Shown here piece by piece: positions 56,760 through 64,000 of a stretch of 64,000 bases of DNA (positions are counted from its first letter, which is position 1; each line of letters opens with the position of its first letter). Below the pieces are notes generated by a model, which made no database searches, was not told where the DNA came from, and was given only the letters and a program-made list of their open reading frames with translations. Position numbers and translations under genes: made by a program. Source of the stretch: the human T2T-CHM13v2.0 reference genome, Homo sapiens; assembly GCF_009914755.1 (NCBI RefSeq), contig NC_060926.1, one strand, 5' to 3'.

Positions 56760-58026
56760 TAATGTAAGCTTTTGTCCTGGAAGGAATGTTGGCCACAGCT
56801 AATGGCAAAATTTGATTTGCATTTATGAGTGTAGAAAAAAATGCCCACATACAGGTAACTTTCAATATTATATTTGCCTAAATCAGGAAAATACGTAAAT
56901 GTTTCAGATGTACTCTCTGAAAGGTGTTTAATGCTTTTTTTTTTTTTTTCCTATCAGTGAGAAAAGATCTATGGGTACTAGTTGTGTGTGGAGTATCTTA
57001 GCCACTATGAAGCGTAAGCCCATTTAGTTTCAGGATAGAAAAACACAGTAAACGAAGCGCTATTTCTTGGCTGTGAGATAATATTATTTTGAGAAGATGT
57101 CATCTGTGACACAGCAACTGACAGAAGCAAACTGACTCATCTGGTTTATCTCAGTAGATGGCATAAAGTATAACCTTGCCCAGGAGAAGTGGCAAAGAAT
57201 TTCTTATTCATATTTATATCTTTAGTTTTGCTATCCAAAGGAACACACCTGCTAGATTCTGAGTTCCATAGTCTTAGACTGGAAGGAACTTCCAAAATAG
57301 TTCCTGAGCTCTTTGTTTTCTGGGTGACGAGGTAATTTGTTCACTGGCTTCCCTGTAAAAGTCTAGAAGCCAGTGCTGTGGTGGCCCATCACACACTGTG
57401 GGTCTCATGAAGGTTGGAGAGAGGAGTCTGTTCAGATGGAGCTTCTTGTTTCTGCTTCTTACTCTTCCTGCTTTTAAATTCCCAGGCCTCATAGACTCTG
57501 AACTGCTTGCTTCGATCTGCAATACTGCCTCTCTTCCAAGGGCTTTGTCTGGCTCCCTAACCTTGATCTATTTCGTGCTTTCGATTTTGCTACCGGTCAA
57601 ATGGGCCCTACTGGACTTCCGAATCATTGCTTTCTTTATCTTAGATGCCTGCTAGGCCACTCGATCCTTCCAGAAGCTAGAAAGCCTGGCTTGCCCCTTG
57701 TCTAGCCACCTTTCCCAGGCTGTGCCTCACTTTGTGGTGTATAGAAGTTACTCATTTCAAAAGCTAGGGAAAGTTACAATTTACCTGTCAGTAAACAGAA
57801 GATGGTTTATCAACAGACTTTACCTTAATGACTACAAATGTTTACCTCCTGCTTTCCAGAATGCAAAGAAAATCTTGGAAATGTCATAATATCTTACAAA
57901 CATTTGCAAAACAGATCCTTGTTCATCCGGAAAAGAAACAATTGTATTCGTTGTCTCTGTCACAAGGAAAACGTTCAGTGAGAAACACATAGGTAGATGT
58001 ATACATCTATATGTAAATGAATATGC

Positions 58027-59067
58027 TAATTAAAAATTGCAGTGGGTACTTTATTAAGAATTTATTTTACCATCTAGCCATTCAAAACATCTTTACATCA
58101 ACAAACACAGCAGTTTGACTATTGAAATCATAAGCGATTTATCTTGAAAAGGTTATATTTGTAGGTGGATGCAAGTATATTGGAGAAATATTTCTATCAA
58201 AATCACTGGTTTTGTTAGGAGTATTTTGATTTTTCTATTTTTACGCTGGGAAAAAAATTAAAACAAGTATGTCAGTGTTCATTTTATGGGATAGTTGGCT
58301 TCACTGTGTTTGTCATGTTTGTCCGAATTACAGCTGTTTATCTTGCAACTTTAAGATTAATTAAATGCAAATGTAACTCTGTGAATCATGGGAATACCTG
58401 CCAGACCTCTTATTAATACCTTCACTTAAAACCCCCTGTGCCTGAGAGTCATTAATTTGCTAAAAGAAAAGTGCTAAAGCAGCCCTTTGCCCACAAACAA
58501 TTCTGCGATGGCTGCCCAATTAATCCCAAAGCATTCTGATCCTCCTTTCAGGCCTCGTGGCCCTTTGAGGACACAAGAAGGCTCCGATGATAACCTGGCA
58601 ACCTAGGTAGAAACCCAGCCAAGTGTGAGCGTTTGAAGCTGCAGTTTGGCTGCCATCGTGTCGGCGAAAAGAAAGAATTCAGGCACCATGTCATCCAGTA
58701 CAAAGGATAAAAACGGATTCAACCGGAAATTCAATGTGGCACCACATATGGGATACATGAGTGCGGTTATACAACAGGCCACATATTTTTTTTGAACAGT
58801 CTCCTACATGTGATGCCGAGGACATGTGTAACCATCATAACGTCTCTAGGAATCTGTATTTAATTTGAGTTGGGGTGGTGGCAGGGATTGGAGATCTGAA
58901 GCCGCCACAGGTTTGTGGCAGATGGCTCTGTGTCAGCTATGACAAGCAGCCAGGCTCAGCTTCCTCTGCAGATTTTCTTTTCTCTCTGATCAGGTAAATA
59001 TGGGCACACTCTGGAAAGTTCTTCAGATTCTGCCTTAGGCTGCAAGTTTGTGACTTAGCCCCATCTG
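58027..59067 (-). other. GTDC1: GTDC1 proximal 3'UTR
   Basis: Unique sequence between the TGA stop and the AATAAA pair; the cleavage position is estimated at 20-25 nt past the signal. Confidence 0.7.
58050..58066 (-). terminator. GTDC1: Proximal poly(A) signals of GTDC1 (two AATAAA)
   Basis: tttatt at 58050-58055 and 58061-58066, ~1 kb downstream of the stop codon at the end of a repeat-free UTR-like stretch. Confidence 0.7.
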
Positions 59068-59265
<198 letters not shown>

Positions 59266-59867
59266 TCAAAAAGCCACCAAGTAAATGGTTCTTGAGTTTC
59301 ATCACCTCAGGAAATCTCAGTTTCTGATTGGTCTAAAGTGTCGTTGTATTTCCAACCAGAGAAGAAGGCTACTGTTTTCTGCAAATGGGTATATTCTGCT
59401 GCACACATATTTCTTGGTTTATGTTATGAATGACAACCATTCATAGTTGGATGATGAAAGTTCATCATCCAACTTTTAACTTATATAAACACAAGACACG
59501 TAACACTGTACATACAAGTTTCTGCCGTGAATTTTACTTTTAAATGATGAAGACACAAAGATAAATGCCATTACTATTATGTGAAATTTAAAAAGTGCTT
59601 CATATTTATAACAGGTTTATATTCATTATTTCATTATACCAGTACTTCAGGGGTACATTGATATTTAAAAAAATATTCTTCCAGGTTTACAGATGAATCA
59701 CATAGAGGCCAAGAAGATCACCTAGAATCAGGTTGCAAATGAGTAGCAGAGAAGGACAAAACCTCTAACTGATCTTAATCAGCCAAAGCATATCTGTGAT
59801 GCTAAAAGGTTTTTTCCTTTTATTTTATTTAGACAAATCAGAGGAAAGCCAGACCAAATAAAATTGC

Positions 59868-59981
59868 AGGAGGAGGTGAAGAAGGAAGGAAGGAAGGAAG
59901 AGAGGGAAGAAGAAAGGGAAGGGAGGGAAAGGCAGAGGAGGGAGAGAGAGAAAGAGTGAGAGACTGAGACTGAGACTGAGA
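59868..59981 (+). repeat. Purine-rich (GGAA)n/(GA)n/(GAGACT)n tract
   Basis: Direct reading. Confidence 0.85.
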
Positions 59982-61129
59982 ATTTGCCTTAATTGTGCTG
60001 GTGCAGTTGAGAGCTTTTAGAAGTTCTTAGAACATCACAAACATTTCATGTTTAAGGAAAAAGTAAGGACTCTGGAGCAGTATTAAAACTAGTGAGCAAC
60101 ACCTTATTCAAATCTAGAGTTTAAGCTCAAATTAAAAGGGGACTATAAGGTGACCAGTTTCTTGAAGGAAACAAAGTAGCTTGTCTGTGGTTCAGGTACA
60201 TATAGCTTGACATAATCAAGATAACCACAAATGGCTTTTCTGGGCAATGAGTGTGAATTGTAAGCTTAATTATTGTTTGGAATTAGTTTCCGGCAGAACT
60301 CTAAAATTCTTCTCCCTTCCAAATAATAGAAGATTATAAAAGTTTTGTCAATGTTGAAGAACTTGAAGAGGAAAACAAAAAAATCAGGAGCTATCACCTG
60401 AAAAATCTTAAGAAACTACAAGTCACTCTCAAAAAGCAAGAATGGCATCTCTCTCTCTTTTTAAACCAGAGAATACCATTCAATTTATAAATAAAACTAA
60501 ATGAAAAATAGGATGGGAATGAAAATCTCTTCTGTCAGTCTGGATAATGTCTACCTTACACAACTGCCCTATTTGTACTCTTATATTCATTTCTATACTG
60601 GTAATGAGGGAATAGCTATAAAATGTCTTTCAACAGCATTTAAAAATATAATGATCAGGGTTCTCTAAAAGCATGAAATACTAATCTCAAATAATTGTTG
60701 AGAATTTTCCATAAGTAAATTCACATAATATAATAAAAGTGAGGCCAAAAAAATACAACTTCACAGTATTAGACTTGCTTGGGTTAGAAAGGAAGAACTA
60801 TTGTTAGTTTAAGGAGTCAATCCTTAGCTGATTCTTTTATGATTACTTCTAGAAACTTGTGTTCAAGTTAGGCTTAGGAGTCATCGAAGAGCTCCCTGTT
60901 TTATCTCTGTGAGAAGTATGTGTCCAGTGCATCTGCCTGACCTGAAAAAGTACATGTCTCGACAATACAAGTTTATAGTCAATGACTCAACTGTAGACAT
61001 AAACTTTGTAAGAAGTGATTTTATATTTCCTTAAATTAAGAAAAATGGTTTTAGGTTTTTTAAAATTATTAAGAAACATTTAATTTTTGCATGTATTGGA
61101 TTTCTCTAACAATCCTAAGCCAAGTGTAC

Positions 61130-61147
61130 GTGTGTGTGTGTGTGTGT
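61130..61147. repeat. (GT)n microsatellite
   Basis: Direct reading. Confidence 0.85.
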
Positions 61148-64000
61148 ATAAGAGAGAAAGAGACTGAGCGAGTACACACATACATGCAAATGAGGAATTT
61201 AAACATTTCAGGTCTGAAACTATTTCAGGTGGGAAGTCATGGACACAAGTGTTCTGCGATAGAAGGAGTCACTTTAAGAAAAAAAGTAAATTCTGTTTCT
61301 GCTTTTCACTTACTAGCATTCTGTTTCAAATCCTGCTTCAAGTTATACCCCAAACTCTCACTCATATTGAAAGTATAATGTCTGATGTGAGAAGAAAGCC
61401 AAGTGTTAGTAGCCTTATTCTAGTCATTAAATTTCTAAGTGTGAATCCATATGAAAAATCCTATCCTAAAGTGAACTCTATATGATAAGAAGTTGAAATG
61501 ATTTTAAAATGTAAACTTTTAACAACAAAAAAAGAGTAAGGTGTAAAAATGTAAAAGGAACAAATTAAAGAATTCAGTGACATTCTATCCTTTTAGATCT
61601 TAGAAGCATATGTTTTATAAAAGCAAAACAGCACTGTCCAATGAAATAAATCTAAAAATAACTCCCAACATTCTTTTCACAGTACTCACAAAAGATCCTC
61701 TCCGACTGCATAAGAAAAGTAGGTAAAAGCTAAAATGCTAATTCTCTAGTATTTAGTAAAAGCAAATGTTACCTGAAAATGTGTCTATTTATAAAACACA
61801 AGATAAAAAATTACAATAACTTGTTGTATCATTATTATAAAGGTTTAGAAGGCATTTTTTTTTCTGTTTTAGCTTTAAATCCTATAACAACACACAAACT
61901 AAATCTGTGGTCCTTCCTGTGCTTTTAACTCTATACCTTGCAACATGCCAGTTTTTCCTAATAATTGTATCATAAAGCTCTTGATTACTTAAAATTTGAC
62001 TAATTTATTAATTTTTGAAATTAATTTTTAGACAATATCACTAAGCACTATGGATGAAGGCAAATGTGAAAATGTGTTACAGATTTATAAGAGAAAAATC
62101 CATGGTAGACGATGCTTAAAAATGAATTATATAAATAAGCTCTTATAAATGCTTTTGCATGAATTACTAATTTATAAAACTTTGAGATGCAGGTTTTTAT
62201 GGTGTATGAACTAAAATATATTTAAGTACTAACATGTAACAGCTCAATGAAATAACATTTAAGATATAGGTTATCATTTAAACTGTGTGAGGAACAATTT
62301 GGTATATTAACAACATACCACTAAGCTGCCATTCTTTTTTTCAGAAGCTGTTTGTAAAATAAATAATTATAGCTATGTTATGGCAGTAGCTGAATGAAAA
62401 TATTTCAACTGGACATCTGCTTTCTTTTCTTACTAGAGGCAACTTTTTGCAGTGACTTTTGAAATGGTTAAAAATTTGCAGAGGTTTAAAATTTGCAGAT
62501 GCAGAATAACAGGGTTAAGCAATGTTACAAACTGATAAATTTTGATGGTGGAAACACATTTACAAATACTTTACCAAAAATTCATCCAAAGAGGGAAAAA
62601 ATCAATAATCTGACAGAGAACTCACTGAAAATAGCTTTGTGTCATATATAAAAAATTAATTCATTTGTACTAATACTTATATTTCCTCAATTTTCATTAT
62701 CTGCATATTTTGACAGTCTATCACATGGGAAACTATTTGATTGATATTTCATACAAACAAAACTACTACTGAACTTTAAAAATTAGGAAATATTGAGGTA
62801 AATCTTGAACGACTGTTTTCTCTGTGGAGCTTCCCATGTATACAATACAATACTATTGACTCAAGGAGTAATACTGAAGCTGGAACTGTTCAGTCAGCAT
62901 TTTAAACTATTATGAGCTACCTTCTGAACCATTGCCAAGTTAATAGACAATGAAAGATAATGAGCTTGAAATTGGGTGTTAAATTGCATTTTTGGTTCTC
63001 TCTCTTTTTCTTGAAGTTTAACTGTTTCCTGTAGAAACAAAGTCATGTTTTGATGTATCACTATGTAAATATGTATTTTAGGCTACGAACAGGGAAGGGA
63101 GAAAAAAAAAGGCAGAGAACTGTATTTCATGTAGAAGGTTATATATTAACATAGGAAAATTAAAATATGTTAGATTATAAAACTGCTAGATGTAAACTAT
63201 ACTGGAGTTATGTAAAATGAAGATGCTACATTCGAAGAATATAAAAAGGTATATTACTTATGGCCTAGAGCCACCTTCAAAACTCATAAAGCAGATTTAT
63301 CCTAGTTCAATTACTTAGACTTTTAGTAGGGCCTCTTTGTGTTGTTATTTCAACAATGTAAAATTCTTGATTCAAATAAAGAAAAGAAGATAACGAATGA
63401 GGGTAGTGAATGATGATGCTGTTTACACTATTTTCCCTTTGCCATTCAGAGATGAGACTGACATTCTTATTCTAAAGAAACTGAGGATTTTTTATGTCAT
63501 TTTTATTAAACTGGACGCGAGAAATATTCAATTCTTAAAAATCACCTTTCAAGTAGTTCAAAAATGAACACCAAACTTCACTAATGTCATTCACCTGAAT
63601 TTTTGAGGACTAAAGATTTCATTATGATGGGAAGAAAGGCTTATCCTCATTAGTATAATTGTAGAATCTTTCCTTTACTTCCTTTTAAACTAATGAGTTA
63701 CATTAATTCAGGTTCATTTTTATAAGCCTCTAGGGGCTAAATGTAAAGGACAGTCATCTTAGAAAACAGTAAATTTTAAAAAAGCATGTACCGTGCATTA
63801 AGTGCACGTATTTCATAAGACCTAGGTTAATACAACTGGCATCCAGTTTAATTAATCCTTGTTAGTGTAACAACTAATATCCCTCCCTAGCATGTTTCCT
63901 TTAAACATTAGTATGTTAATTAAATGTTTTTTTTTAAGATTTTTCTTTGTACTTCAATATGGCATTTATACCATGTAAATCTCTTCTCAATAACTACCTT

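Noticed and set aside
57270-57720. Mildly CpG-retaining segment with 82-85 aa ORFs
   Set aside because: No recognisable protein; possibly an ancient LTR fragment, but I cannot assign it.

Overview
Hominid (most likely human) AT-rich genomic DNA, made up mostly of transposon relics: Alu, FLAM and FAM, ancient L1/L2/MIR, MaLR, ERVL and ERV1 LTRs, a full-length THE1 element, a MER2 DNA transposon and a 5'-truncated SVA. The only supportable protein-coding sequence is absent from the ORF track: a minus-strand terminal exon (59068-59151) encoding [27 protein letters not shown], which I recognise from memory as the C-terminus of GTDC1/QTMAN (queuosine-tRNA mannosyltransferase, ARHGAP15-GTDC1-ZEB2 region of chr2q22). 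It has a proximal poly(A) signal at ~58050 and a candidate distal one at 50113-50118, which would give a ~9 kb 3'UTR containing an inverted AluY pair and ending next to an orphan CpG island (48780-49750). Other points of note are a Y3 RNA retropseudogene with an Alu inserted at its 5' end, a nested L1>MLT2>THE1 (+MST, +SVA) stack, tandem CTCF-like motifs made by a 15-bp duplication, and several long perfect palindromes. I cannot support a wholly new biological system. The best candidate for undescribed regulation is the convergent CpG-island / long-3'UTR / inverted-Alu arrangement. Repeat subfamily names are from recall of consensus sequences, not from a search.
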